Part shown: positions 29,064-37,917 of the stretch, one piece after another
Position numbering within the stretch: the first letter of the stretch is position 1
Layout: each line of letters begins with the position of its first letter
Assembly: GCA_043798985.1 (NCBI GenBank)
Contig: JAZDOE010000002.1
Span: 22,500-86,499, forward strand
DNA: 64,000 nt
Source: Candidatus Falkowbacteria bacterium
GTDB lineage: Bacteria > Patescibacteriota > Patescibacteriia > UBA11705 > JACRDX01
Direction: 5' to 3'
The notes under the pieces: model-generated
Databases searched by the model: none
What the model was told of the DNA's origin: nothing
The model's input: only the letters and a program-made list of their open reading frames with translations
Translations under genes and position numbers: made by a program

Positions 29064-29909
29064 TTAAATTTTGAATTTCGAAATTCTTATCCAATTTTCC
29101 ACGCTTAAATCTTCAGCTCTCGCGGTTTCTTTCAAACCAGCGGTCAACAACATTTTTTTCGCTTCGTCTTTTGTAATTCCCAGTCCTGCGGACAAATTAT
29201 TTTGCAGTTGTTTTCTTTTTGCCGCGAATCCCATTCGCGCGAGTCTGAATAAATTCTTGGCCTTCAACTGTTCAGCGTTGTCCAATCGTTTAATGCCTGC
29301 TAATTTTATAATTGCTGAATCAACTTCTGGCGTTGGCAGGAAATTTCCAGCCGCGACATCAGCGACAATTTCTGGTCGCGAATAATACTGACAAGAAAGC
29401 CCTAGCAAATTCATGTCCCCGGGTTTTGCGACGATTCTTTGCGCAACTTCTTTTTGAACCAGCAAAACCATTGCGGTCAACGGTGTTTCAACTTCCAAAA
29501 ATCTGCGCAAAAAATGGCTGGTAATTTGATATGGAATGTTCGCGACAATTTTATATGGTTCACCCTGAAAAAAATCTTCAATGTCCTGTATCGGTAATTT
29601 TAAAATATCCGCCTCAACAAGTTTATATTCAACATTTTTGCGACCAACCAACAAAGATCTCATTTCCTGTTTCAAAACAAAAACCAGCGTCCGATCAATC
29701 TCAACTGCCAAAACTCGTTTCGCGCGTTGAATCAACTCTTTTGTCAAAACTCCCAGCCCCGCGCCAACTTCCAAAACATTGTCTGTCTTTTTCAAATCCG
29801 CGGCATCAACAATTTTTTCCAAAATCGCAGGATTAACCAAAAAATTCTGCCCCAAATTATGTTTTGGCTTTATTCCGTATTTTTTCATTATCAACCCGAT
29901 ATTTTGCAT
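29064..29909 (-). CDS. rsmA: 16S rRNA m6,2A dimethyltransferase RsmA/KsgA
   Basis: LGQNFL, VLEVGAGLG, VANIPYQIT, QKEVA.R and P.VDSA motifs. Confidence 0.96.
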   Translation of the reverse strand: MQNIGLIMKKYGIKPKHNLGQNFLVNPAILEKIVDAADLKKTDNVLEVGAGLGVLTKELIQRAKRVLAVEIDRTLVFVLKQEMRSLLVGRKNVEYKLVEADILKLPIQDIEDFFQGEPYKIVANIPYQITSHFLRRFLEVETPLTAMVLLVQKEVAQRIVAKPGDMNLLGLSCQYYSRPEIVADVAAGNFLPTPEVDSAIIKLAGIKRLDNAEQLKAKNLFRLARMGFAAKRKQLQNNLSAGLGITKDEAKKMLLTAGLKETARAEDLSVENWIRISKFKI

Positions 29910-29913
29910 ATAC

Positions 29914-30132
29914 TTAATCCTCAAAAAAATCACTTTCTCCCAGCCCCGATTGAAGCAAAATTGATTGAAATGTCCCGTACGGAATTTCCTTTTTTGTCAT
30001 TTTAAGGGTTACGTTTTTCGTCGGGTTTCCTATTTTACGAAATCGCGCATGCGATCCCTTTTGACGCACAAAAAAGAAGCCCTTTTCATTAAGGACTCTC
30101 AATATCAAACTGAGTAGAACTGGCTTAGGCAT
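29914..30132 (-). CDS. hicA: HicA-family mRNA interferase toxin
   Basis: GF..VRQKGSH...EIP.GT..SIL.Q.G. Confidence 0.85.
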   Translation of the reverse strand: MPKPVLLSLILRVLNEKGFFFVRQKGSHARFRKIGNPTKNVTLKMTKKEIPYGTFQSILLQSGLGESDFFED

Positions 30133-30343
30133 ACTTTACTGCAAGCGACACCAAATCAGGTCTCTCCACCTTATTAATTTTGGAAACAGGAATATCTTCC
30201 AAATGTAATTCCAACGCTTCTTGCAAGCTATCCAGCGCTTCTTTCTTCGTATCACCAAAACTGGAAATTGCAGTATTCAGATTCCACGCAACGTAATTTT
30301 TCCCCTCTTTCCAAACAACATTTTTTAGCTCTATTTTATGCAT
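30125..30343 (-). CDS. hicB: HicB-family antitoxin (short form)
   Basis: YVA...ISSFGDTKKEALDSLQEALEL; overlaps hicA. Confidence 0.82.
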   Translation of the reverse strand: MHKIELKNVVWKEGKNYVAWNLNTAISSFGDTKKEALDSLQEALELHLEDIPVSKINKVERPDLVSLAVKYA

Positions 30344-30400
30344 ATATTTTTCAATGCTTATATTTTAATGTTACCAAAACAGAAGAAACAAGTCAAATGA

Positions 30401-30436
30401 TTACTTAAACGCGATAATTTGATACCCAAATTTTTC
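30401..30436 (-). pseudogene. Remnant 3' end of a DUF3850/ASCH gene
   Basis: Encodes EKFGYQIIAFK* versus EKYGYQIIAFK* at the end of 32328-32588. Confidence 0.8.
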
Positions 30437-30438
30437 AT

Positions 30439-30525
30439 GTCAGAACAACGGCCGCGCCGGAAAAAGGCAAAGCCAACAAAGTGCTGATTAACTTGCTAAG
30501 CGAATATTTAGATGTGCCGAAATCA
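30439..30525 (+). pseudogene. DUF167/YggU internal fragment
   Basis: Translates VRTTAAPEKGKANKVLINLLSEYLDVPKS; no start codon. Confidence 0.7.
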
Positions 30526-30531
30526 TTGAAA

Positions 30532-31038
30532 TTATTTTAGCAAATCGCTATACGATCCATTAATTCTTTTATACTTTCCAAAATTCAATAAACCAATCGC
30601 TCCTTGATGCTCTTTTTGCGCTTGCTCTAAAGAAATATTTTTCACGACTGTTTCAAGCTCAAGAAAATTGCCCAATTTATTCACCCTGTCTAAATGGATC
30701 CTGGTGTTTTTATAAATCCACAACTCTCTTTTCTTTTTTACAACAACTTTCACTCCATAAGCTCGACCAAAAATCCGCTTCATAGTGTTAAGCTGGCACG
30801 GTTTAAGCCGAAACATTTCATAATCTGAAATCTTAGATCGCTTTTTATCAGAACGCTGATAAAAGAGTATTTCAAATTCTTTGTTATTTATTTCCCTGAT
30901 CTTCAATCTCCCTTTTTGACAAGTATAATATGTATCAATTTGCCGTAAAACACCAATGGGTTTTGCGCTATTTTTTTTTAACAATTTTTTTATTTCATTA
31001 AAATTTTTTACTGCAACTTTTAGTTCAATGTTTTTCAT
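30532..31038 (-). CDS. CYTH-domain protein (class IV adenylate cyclase CyaB-like)
   Basis: NIELK, QIDTYY, GRLKIRE, VKKKRE, IHLD.V..LGNFLELE and SYSDLL motifs. Confidence 0.88.
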   Translation of the reverse strand: MKNIELKVAVKNFNEIKKLLKKNSAKPIGVLRQIDTYYTCQKGRLKIREINNKEFEILFYQRSDKKRSKISDYEMFRLKPCQLNTMKRIFGRAYGVKVVVKKKRELWIYKNTRIHLDRVNKLGNFLELETVVKNISLEQAQKEHQGAIGLLNFGKYKRINGSYSDLLK

Positions 31039-31856
31039 ATGGTTTTAAGATATTTAATGCCTTCTGCGGCGCCCTCAAATAAGGGTTTATTATACCTTTG
31101 TAGAATTTGTTTTAATAACTCCATTTGGCCAGATTTTTCAATCCTATAGAAAATATTTCCTTGCGGCATCCAGTGTGGTTGCAATTTTTCAATTTTCAGC
31201 CCCGACAAATCAGTTAGCAAAGGATGCTCTAAACTTTTTAAATATAAAGGGCCAGAATAAAAGCCGAAACAGCAATCCTTAGTTTTGGCAACGACCTCTT
31301 CCAGCTCCTCATCTGACAATGTTGGCAAAAGAGGTCTTAAGGCAACAAGTGTCTTTATTCCGGCATCAAAAGCTCGCCTCAAGGTTTCAATCCTTTTTTC
31401 AGGATTAGGAACTTTTGGCTCCCATTTTCCCGCAGAATCAGTACATAAAATTGACACGGAAAAAGCTAATATATTTCCTTGCTCGCTTACTCTTTCTGCA
31501 ATCTCTTTCAGTCTCCTAATATACTCTTTTGATAAAGTCAATTTTGTAATTACTGAGATATCCCTTTTCTTTTGCGCTAATCTCTCAAGAATTGCCAATG
31601 CTTCTTTTTTATATTGTAAAAATTCCGTATCGCAACCAAGCATTATTAATTTTATTTCATCGGGTAGCCGATCAATTAGTTCAAACTGTTTTTCCGACAG
31701 ATATGCCACTCCCCTTTGCTGATTAAAATTAAGATCGTCAACAAAACAATATCGACAGTTTAGCGGACAACTTAGCTGGGAATAAGTTAAAACTCTATCT
31801 TTATCAAATTTTAAACCATGTTCTTCAAATTCACTTTTTTCAAATTTCATAATCAA
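31035..31856 (-). CDS. Radical SAM protein (SPL-related)
   Basis: CPLNCRYC, SVITK, WEP..P....RIETL, RPLLP; overlaps the CYTH start (ATGA). Confidence 0.8.
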   Translation of the reverse strand: MIMKFEKSEFEEHGLKFDKDRVLTYSQLSCPLNCRYCFVDDLNFNQQRGVAYLSEKQFELIDRLPDEIKLIMLGCDTEFLQYKKEALAILERLAQKKRDISVITKLTLSKEYIRRLKEIAERVSEQGNILAFSVSILCTDSAGKWEPKVPNPEKRIETLRRAFDAGIKTLVALRPLLPTLSDEELEEVVAKTKDCCFGFYSGPLYLKSLEHPLLTDLSGLKIEKLQPHWMPQGNIFYRIEKSGQMELLKQILQRYNKPLFEGAAEGIKYLKTI

Positions 31857-31952
31857 TAAAATTCAATTACTCTCCACTATACAGAATAACCTATTTTGAT
31901 TAATACGTAAAATCCTCTTAGCGCGAGAAACTTGAGGGTTAGACAATAAAAC

Positions 31953-31985
31953 AAAAAACCCGCTCAACAATGTGAGCGGGTTTTG
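31953..31985 (-). terminator. Intrinsic terminator
   Basis: aaaacccgctca-caatg-tgagcgggtttt hairpin with T tracts. Confidence 0.75.
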
Positions 31986-32151
31986 ATTATCAAACCGGAT
32001 AAACCGGCCACACGGAATTTAGCAATGTTTCTTTGCCCGGAAGCTCCGGCAAATACCTGACACTCATAAACTCTGAACGCGTCAGTCCCGACACTGAACC
32101 CTAATCAAGATTGCGAATGGCCGGAACCATTCCTTCTGCAGTAACAGTGTC

Positions 32152-32256
32152 TCAACAATTTTTTCCAAAATCGCAGGATTAACCAAAAAATTCTGCCCCA
32201 AATTATGTTTTGGCTTTATTCCGTATTTTTTCATTATCAACCCGATATTCTGCATA
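32152..32256 (-). pseudogene. rsmA: Duplicate of the rsmA 5' end (105 bp)
   Basis: Matches 29806-29910 with one mismatch. Confidence 0.92.
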
Positions 32257-32327
32257 ATTACATAGCGCGCGAAGGAATGTCATTTCGAACCCTTAAAAAG
32301 GGTGAGAAATCCCTTCGCATAATTGCC

Positions 32328-32588
32328 TTACTTAAACGCGATGATCTGATATCCGTATTTTTCAACATCCTCCCTTGACCAAAATTTCATGTCTTTTGTC
32401 TTTGCGACATAAGTCACTTCTTTTTCAAGCGTCCTGCCGGTAAATTCTTTTGTTTCAGGATTCCACTCCTGCAAAACCAAAATGTCGCCCTCGTTGCATT
32501 CCCAATCTGCAAGTCGTAATTCGTAAGTTTTTTTGCCTTCCAGAATCTTTTGAAAATACTCTGGCCAAACCTTTTTTTCGTGTCGCAT
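32328..32588 (-). CDS. DUF3850/ASCH-like domain protein
   Basis: HEKKVWPEYFQKILEGKKTYELR...EGDILVLQEW...TGR. Confidence 0.82.
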   Translation of the reverse strand: MRHEKKVWPEYFQKILEGKKTYELRLADWECNEGDILVLQEWNPETKEFTGRTLEKEVTYVAKTKDMKFWSREDVEKYGYQIIAFK

Positions 32589-32648
32589 ATTGATCGCGCG
32601 CCATTCAGATAAAATCTGGATGGCATTTTTTATTCCATCTTCAAACTA

Positions 32649-32882
32649 TCAATAAACACATGTCGCAAACATTCCATTTCCAATCGGCAACTCAAACTTT
32701 CCAATACCTATCACGATTCTTTTGCTCTTGCATACCATCAAATTATTACCACTCGCGTCAGAAGTCACTGTTTCCAGTCTAAGTATTCCCAACAAACAAA
32801 GAAGAACGACAATCCCAATAATAATCAAGGCCACAATGCCTACTGTTTTTATTACTGAAAATTTTGAATTTTTCTTAATCAT
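32649..32882 (-). CDS. Small hypothetical membrane protein
   Basis: 77-aa ORF with one TM segment, packed in the minus-strand gene run. Confidence 0.5.
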   Translation of the reverse strand: MIKKNSKFSVIKTVGIVALIIIGIVVLLCLLGILRLETVTSDASGNNLMVCKSKRIVIGIGKFELPIGNGMFATCVY

Positions 32883-32884
32883 AT

Positions 32885-33730
32885 TTATTTTTTCTTTTTC
32901 CGTGGCTTACTCAATAATAAAAAATTCCGTCCCGTCACTACTCGCTTCCCTGTTTTTTGTTCAAGCGCGACTCGCGCGTCTTTTGCTATGTTCCCGCCCT
33001 TTTGCGCGGGAATTTTATTTTCTTCAAGCCCCTTTGTCTTCATTGTCTCGGCAATTTGTCTTGTGGAAAGTTCCGCCAACGCAGTGAATATCAATTCCGC
33101 GTCTGTCATGTGATCGCGCAAATTCTGCGTTTTAAGATTTTTAAAATTTTTATGTTCCTTAATTGATAAGCCGCTCCATTCTTCATGAATAATGTTTGTC
33201 AGGATTGCATATTCCGCTTGTCTCTTAACATCATGGTTTTGCCAATAATCAGTCAATTTATTCCGAACCTCTTGCCCCATCATCCGCTGTTGAATCCATT
33301 TTTTGTCTCGTCCTTGTTTTTGCCAATATTCTCGCGACCGATTCAGCGCTTTTTCCGGATCAGCCATTTCTTGCATTCGCTCGTAGCCAACCTTCGCGAG
33401 CCAAAGTTTAATCCGCTCCGCCTTTTTACTCGGAACAGACTGAACTAATCTCAGAATTGTCTCTACGTTGGCAATGTCTGTTTCGCGCATTTTCCCGTCT
33501 TGCGCTACCATTTTCAACCGGTGACATTTTGTCACCACTTCACTTCCCTCGTTTTTCAACCGTTCTGCCAGCTTGTTCCAATACTTTCTCGCCATCTGAA
33601 AATCTGTTTGTCCTATCAACGCCGCGACAATATCAATCACCGAAAAATACCACGTCTCGGTTTTTTCATCATAATGTCGACGAATTTTAAAATTCTCAAA
33701 AATCGCCAATGAACTTAAATTATCGCGCAT
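32885..33730 (-). CDS. Bro-N domain (antirepressor-like) DNA-binding protein
   Basis: IRR.YD...WYFSVIDIV, YWNKL..RL, A.DGK.R.TD, EYAILT and NLRDHMT motifs. Confidence 0.85.
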   Translation of the reverse strand: MRDNLSSLAIFENFKIRRHYDEKTETWYFSVIDIVAALIGQTDFQMARKYWNKLAERLKNEGSEVVTKCHRLKMVAQDGKMRETDIANVETILRLVQSVPSKKAERIKLWLAKVGYERMQEMADPEKALNRSREYWQKQGRDKKWIQQRMMGQEVRNKLTDYWQNHDVKRQAEYAILTNIIHEEWSGLSIKEHKNFKNLKTQNLRDHMTDAELIFTALAELSTRQIAETMKTKGLEENKIPAQKGGNIAKDARVALEQKTGKRVVTGRNFLLLSKPRKKKK

Positions 33731-33741
33731 ATCCTAATTTT

Positions 33742-33948
33742 TTATTTTGTGCCAATTTTCTTGCGACATTTTTTACTGCCGCACATGCATTCAAACGGCA
33801 CATCTGATTCAGGCAATGCCTCGGCCTGTTCTCTCGTTAAAATCTTTTTGGGTCTCCATTTGATTACAATGTCGCCCTTTTTAAAATCCCGCGCAGCAAA
33901 AACTCCCTTGCCCTGAATTTTTGATTTTTTGATAATAATAGCTTGCAT
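33742..33948 (-). pseudogene. Internally deleted SET-domain gene
   Basis: SET N-terminus (KSKIQGKGVFAARDFKKGD) joined almost directly to post-SET (FECMCGSKKCRK); the NHSC/ELT.DY core is missing. Confidence 0.7.
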
Positions 33949-33969
33949 AATCAGCGTTTGAAAATAAAA

Positions 33970-34413
33970 TTATTCCGCCAGTATCCCCCCGCAAACAAGA
34001 TATTCTCTGCCATCTATAGAATCCCGACCTTCAAATATCTTCAATCTATCTTGTTTTATCCCTAAAGATTCCTCAATTAAAACCGCCTCAATATCCCCTG
34101 CAAATGCTCCATCTATACTATCTATCCCCAACATTGGCATCGATCTAAATGTACAAATAGATTTAGCAAATTGGTCGGGTTTATCATCAAAGACAACCTG
34201 CACAATATATGCTTTTGCAGATTCTGAATACCAAACAATCGTTTCTTTGTGACCGACGCACGAAGATTCAACTCTTTCAAACTCAACCTTATCCAAAGCA
34301 ATAAAATCATCCTTAGACAAACGCTCTGCCTTGGTAGGATTTAATACTTTATCTGGGATCGCACGATATCCAATTGGGCTCATATTTGAATACTTAAAGA
34401 GCCATTTTATCAT
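33970..34413 (-). CDS. Hypothetical protein
   Basis: 147-aa ORF in the minus-strand cassette run. Confidence 0.55.
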   Translation of the reverse strand: MIKWLFKYSNMSPIGYRAIPDKVLNPTKAERLSKDDFIALDKVEFERVESSCVGHKETIVWYSESAKAYIVQVVFDDKPDQFAKSICTFRSMPMLGIDSIDGAFAGDIEAVLIEESLGIKQDRLKIFEGRDSIDGREYLVCGGILAE

Positions 34414-34996
34414 TTTTTAACAATTTACCAAAAGCTTTAATTATTGCCTTCTCCTCACTTTCTGGCATTATCGAGCTGCAAAAACTTCTTAAATCAAGCG
34501 TTCCGTCAGCTAATTCATAAATCCACGCCTCAAAAATGTGATCGGGCTTGTCTCTAAAAATAACGCGAACGATTTCCCCTCCATATTTTGCCAGTTCCAT
34601 TTGAAAAGCAACATATTTGCCTGATAAATATTCTTCAAATTTGGAAAAACCGCAATTCGGCAAACCTTCTGTCTGCGTATCTGTCCCGCTATTATTCAGA
34701 TAATTTTTTATTCCCTGCCGAATGTATTTAACAGAGGGTTCCAAGTTGATCCCGTCCAAATAGCTCAACTCCTGTTCCGTAAATTCTTCAACATCATCGA
34801 GATTAAACGCGCTCGAATTCGCGTCGGGCATAGGCGCAACAACAACCTCGGCAATTTTTTCGATTTCAGGCGATATTGTCGGCTTTTTTATTGAAACGCA
34901 CACGAAAACAGCGAGCGCAGCGATGAATATTAACAAAAAATAAAATCCGCGCGTTTTATAAAATTCTTTTTTAAAATATCGTGAGATGTTAGACAT
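34394..34996 (-). CDS. Hypothetical membrane-anchored protein
   Basis: N-terminal TM helix; 200 aa. Confidence 0.6.
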   Translation of the reverse strand: MSNISRYFKKEFYKTRGFYFLLIFIAALAVFVCVSIKKPTISPEIEKIAEVVVAPMPDANSSAFNLDDVEEFTEQELSYLDGINLEPSVKYIRQGIKNYLNNSGTDTQTEGLPNCGFSKFEEYLSGKYVAFQMELAKYGGEIVRVIFRDKPDHIFEAWIYELADGTLDLRSFCSSIMPESEEKAIIKAFGKLLKNDKMAL

Positions 34997-35069
34997 ATTG
35001 CGCGCAAGCGCCCTTTTTACAACCAGCTAATTGTCCCTCAATAAATTGTTCTTTTTCCATAGATCAAGT

Positions 35070-35912
35070 TTATTTATCCGCATTAAACATCTGTTTCGCC
35101 CAATTCTCCACCTTGTCATTATCCTCAATTACAAATTCCTGCCCGATAGCTGCCGACTGAAAATACCCACGCCTTGTCCAAGATTGTGCCGAATGATAAC
35201 TTATTTCTACTTTTTTAAATAAAGCTGGCAAATCCCATCTTGACTTTGACATCCCATCTTTTGTAAGAACTAAACTATTGTCAAAGCTAAATACGCCGGC
35301 GCCGGACTTATTTTCATCCCAACTCAACTTATCCCTTGCAATATATATGGTATTAGTAGGATTTTTCTTTCTATCCTCATTTTTCGCATGAGGATGCGGG
35401 CGCATCCATGCAGGAATTTTCGTTGTAGTATTCACTTGTAATGTTTGGCCAATTTGAAGGTAGCCCCAAATAATATGCAAATCTGGTGCAGATCTATCAA
35501 ATTGCAGAATCCCATTTTTAACGACCGTTTGCTTGAACCAACCAAAAAATAAAAACAAATCACCTTTTTTCACTCCCTCATTTTGCAAATGCACTTGCGC
35601 CTGATTAATTTGTCCGAAACAGGGTTTCCAATTTTTACTTCTTTTGATGCTCCCTCTGTATATATCTGGATCAAAGTGGCATTTCGTGTTTTTAGTCAGC
35701 CCACAGACACTTCCATTATGCCTTATTTTAATTTCCAGCTGCTTCATTAAATCAAAATAGGTTTGTCCATCATCTATTTTTAAATCAGAATACTTATCAC
35801 AATCTTGGTCAGACGGAATTGGCAGAGAAATCATTTTGCCATTCGGCAGAATTGGGCTTGGGTATCCGCCCCAGGCCGAATCAAATCCTTTGCGACTTAA
35901 TATGACTTTCAT
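35070..35912 (-). CDS. Nucleotide modification associated domain 3 (Nmad3)-like protein
   Basis: MKVILSRKGFDS..GG.PSPILP.G....LPIP, HFDPD, GDLFLFFGWF and GQEFV motifs. Confidence 0.75.
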   Translation of the reverse strand: MKVILSRKGFDSAWGGYPSPILPNGKMISLPIPSDQDCDKYSDLKIDDGQTYFDLMKQLEIKIRHNGSVCGLTKNTKCHFDPDIYRGSIKRSKNWKPCFGQINQAQVHLQNEGVKKGDLFLFFGWFKQTVVKNGILQFDRSAPDLHIIWGYLQIGQTLQVNTTTKIPAWMRPHPHAKNEDRKKNPTNTIYIARDKLSWDENKSGAGVFSFDNSLVLTKDGMSKSRWDLPALFKKVEISYHSAQSWTRRGYFQSAAIGQEFVIEDNDKVENWAKQMFNADK

Positions 35913-35924
35913 TTTATTAGTAAT

Positions 35925-35969
35925 CTAATTTTTCAACCTCGCTTCAATGAACGCGGCAATGTCGCCACC
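35925..35969 (-). pseudogene. prfB: Remnant alternative 3' end of prfB
   Basis: Encodes GGDIAAFIEARLKN* versus DGDIENFIEARLKNTVK* of prfB. Confidence 0.8.
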
Positions 35970-36044
35970 GCAAAATTATCCACAATCCATTGACGTTAAA
36001 CCTTTTTATATGCTATACTTCTCTTGTAGGAGTAATCCTATTAA

Positions 36045-36749
36045 TCACGCGGTCCCGCCCAAAGCGGGATTTTCGCTTTTCAGATAAACCCTCTTACCAG
36101 TATACAATCTCCCAAAATCAATATATTTGTCCTTAATAACGTGCAATTCTTCTGCAACTTTTCCGCGAACGCCAACAACCCCAATTTTCTTTTCCTTAAT
36201 CTTCAAGCGCGCCAACGGCGCGCACATATCAGAATCACCAGAAAACAGCATAATCGCGGTAAATTTTTCCGCATCATCCAACATGTCTATGGCCATTTCA
36301 ACATCAAAATTACATTTGGGATTCTCTATAATGACGCCCGCTTTATGTAGCGCATTAATTAACTCTTGAATCTTATTTCTAATTGCTCCATCAAATAATG
36401 TTATTGTTTTGCGCTGGAAAAACAATCCCTCATTAATTTCTTTGGAAATGAATTTCATTGGTTTACACTTTAAAATTGCGCCGGTTCTTTTTATCCTATC
36501 ATGAAAGGCCTCGGAATTCTTTAAATCTCTGCCATTTTTTCCATAATAAACCTTGACCTCTTTAATGCTCGGAAATGCAAAAAGTTGTTCAATGACATCT
36601 TCTATTCTAAATCTCCAACCCAAAACATTTTGCCAATGAAACATATTCGTCAAGTCCAAATATGCAAAAATAGCGGTTTTCTCGTTTATCCAATCTAAAT
36701 AATCGTTTCTAACAATAAACTTATTTTTAATATCTTGCGGGATTTCCAT
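36045..36749 (-). CDS. NYN-domain (LabA/DUF88, PIN-like) ribonuclease
   Basis: YLDLTN, KCNFDVEMAID and LFSGDSD motifs. Confidence 0.85.
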   Translation of the reverse strand: MEIPQDIKNKFIVRNDYLDWINEKTAIFAYLDLTNMFHWQNVLGWRFRIEDVIEQLFAFPSIKEVKVYYGKNGRDLKNSEAFHDRIKRTGAILKCKPMKFISKEINEGLFFQRKTITLFDGAIRNKIQELINALHKAGVIIENPKCNFDVEMAIDMLDDAEKFTAIMLFSGDSDMCAPLARLKIKEKKIGVVGVRGKVAEELHVIKDKYIDFGRLYTGKRVYLKSENPALGGTA

Positions 36750-36753
36750 AAAA

Positions 36754-37914
36754 TTATTTCACGGTATTTTTCAACCTCGCCTCAATGAAATTCTCAATAT
36801 CGCCATCCAATACGGAGTCAACATCTGAAGTTTCAATTTCTGTGCGATGATCTTTGACCATTTTGTACGGTTGCAAAACATACGAACGAATCTGATTACC
36901 CCAACTGGCCTCGGTATACTCGCCACGCAAAGCTTTTTTCTCCTCCTCTTTTTTTGCCTCATTATATTGCCGCACTTTTGATTGCAAAACCCGCATGGCA
37001 ATTTTTTTGTTTTGCGCCTGCGAACGCTCGTTTTGGCAAGTGACAACAATCCCAGTCGCCAAATGAGTAATGCGAACAGCCGAATCGGTTGTGTTCACGC
37101 TTTGCCCGCCATGCCCGCCAGAACGAAAAACATCAACCTTGATTTCATCGTCTTTAATCGCCAACTCCGCGGTTTCCGGAAAAATCGGCAAAACCTGCGC
37201 CAATGCAAACGATGTGTGCCGCATTTTTTCCGCGTCAAAAGGAGAAATACGCACCAACCGATGCACACCAGCCTCGCATTTCAAATAACCATAAGCAAAA
37301 TCACCATCAACTTCAACTTCAACGCTTTTGATTCCAGCTTCAGCGCCGCTGGATATCCACAAAATTTTTGTCTTCCAGCGGCGCTTTTCACAAAATCGCA
37401 AATACATTCGCAAAAGCATTTCCGCCCAATCCTGCGCGTCAGTGCCTCCGGCGCCGGAGTTAATTGAAAAAATCGCGCCATAAGAATCATATGGCGCAGA
37501 AAGCAACAATGATGTTTCCATCTTTTTAAAATCCGCTTCAATCTTTTGCGCCTCAATCACCCAATCTTCCGGCAGCTCGTCCTTATCACCAGCCCGCTTC
37601 GCAGGAGCTCCCGCTTCGACCGCGAAGCGAGGCGAGTCAGCCTGCCTCGCCGAGTCAAGGCGGGCGAGGCGAGCCAGTTCCAAAAACGCGGCCGTGCGTT
37701 CGCGCAATTCCAGCCACGCGCTAATTTCTTTTTCCAGCCGCGCCAGCTCTTGGTTCAGCGCGGCTGCTTTTTGCGCGTCTTTCCAAAAATCCGGCCGCGT
37801 CATTTTTTCATGTAATTCAACAATCCGCTTTTGCTTTTCATCCAATTTCAAAATCCCAATCGCTTGTTTGATTTTTTCAGCTATCTGCTCAATTGTTTTA
37901 TATAATTCAGTCAT
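36754..37914 (-). CDS. prfB: Peptide chain release factor 2 (continuous ORF; contains an in-frame palindromic insert)
   Basis: GAGGTDAQDWAEML, GVHRLVRISPF (SPF), GGQSVNTTDSAVR and WGNQIRSYV motifs. Confidence 0.97.
   Translation of the reverse strand: MTELYKTIEQIAEKIKQAIGILKLDEKQKRIVELHEKMTRPDFWKDAQKAAALNQELARLEKEISAWLELRERTAAFLELARLARLDSARQADSPRFAVEAGAPAKRAGDKDELPEDWVIEAQKIEADFKKMETSLLLSAPYDSYGAIFSINSGAGGTDAQDWAEMLLRMYLRFCEKRRWKTKILWISSGAEAGIKSVEVEVDGDFAYGYLKCEAGVHRLVRISPFDAEKMRHTSFALAQVLPIFPETAELAIKDDEIKVDVFRSGGHGGQSVNTTDSAVRITHLATGIVVTCQNERSQAQNKKIAMRVLQSKVRQYNEAKKEEEKKALRGEYTEASWGNQIRSYVLQPYKMVKDHRTEIETSDVDSVLDGDIENFIEARLKNTVK
37590..37676. repeat. GC-rich palindromic repeat inserted in-frame in prfB
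   Basis: 37636-37674 is the exact 39-bp reverse complement of 41940-41978. Confidence 0.85.
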
Positions 37915-37917
37915 AAA

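Noticed and set aside
31990-32150. Possible ncRNA after the rsmA duplicate
   Set aside because: Reads as a stop-interrupted gene tail ending before a terminator; more likely a coding remnant.
35976-35984. DnaA boxes (also near 29038 and 41904) suggesting oriC
   Set aside because: Isolated single boxes, no cluster and no dnaA/dnaN nearby.
37830-37870. Programmed +1 frameshift in prfB
   Set aside because: The ORF is continuous; no CTT-TGA slippery site is present.
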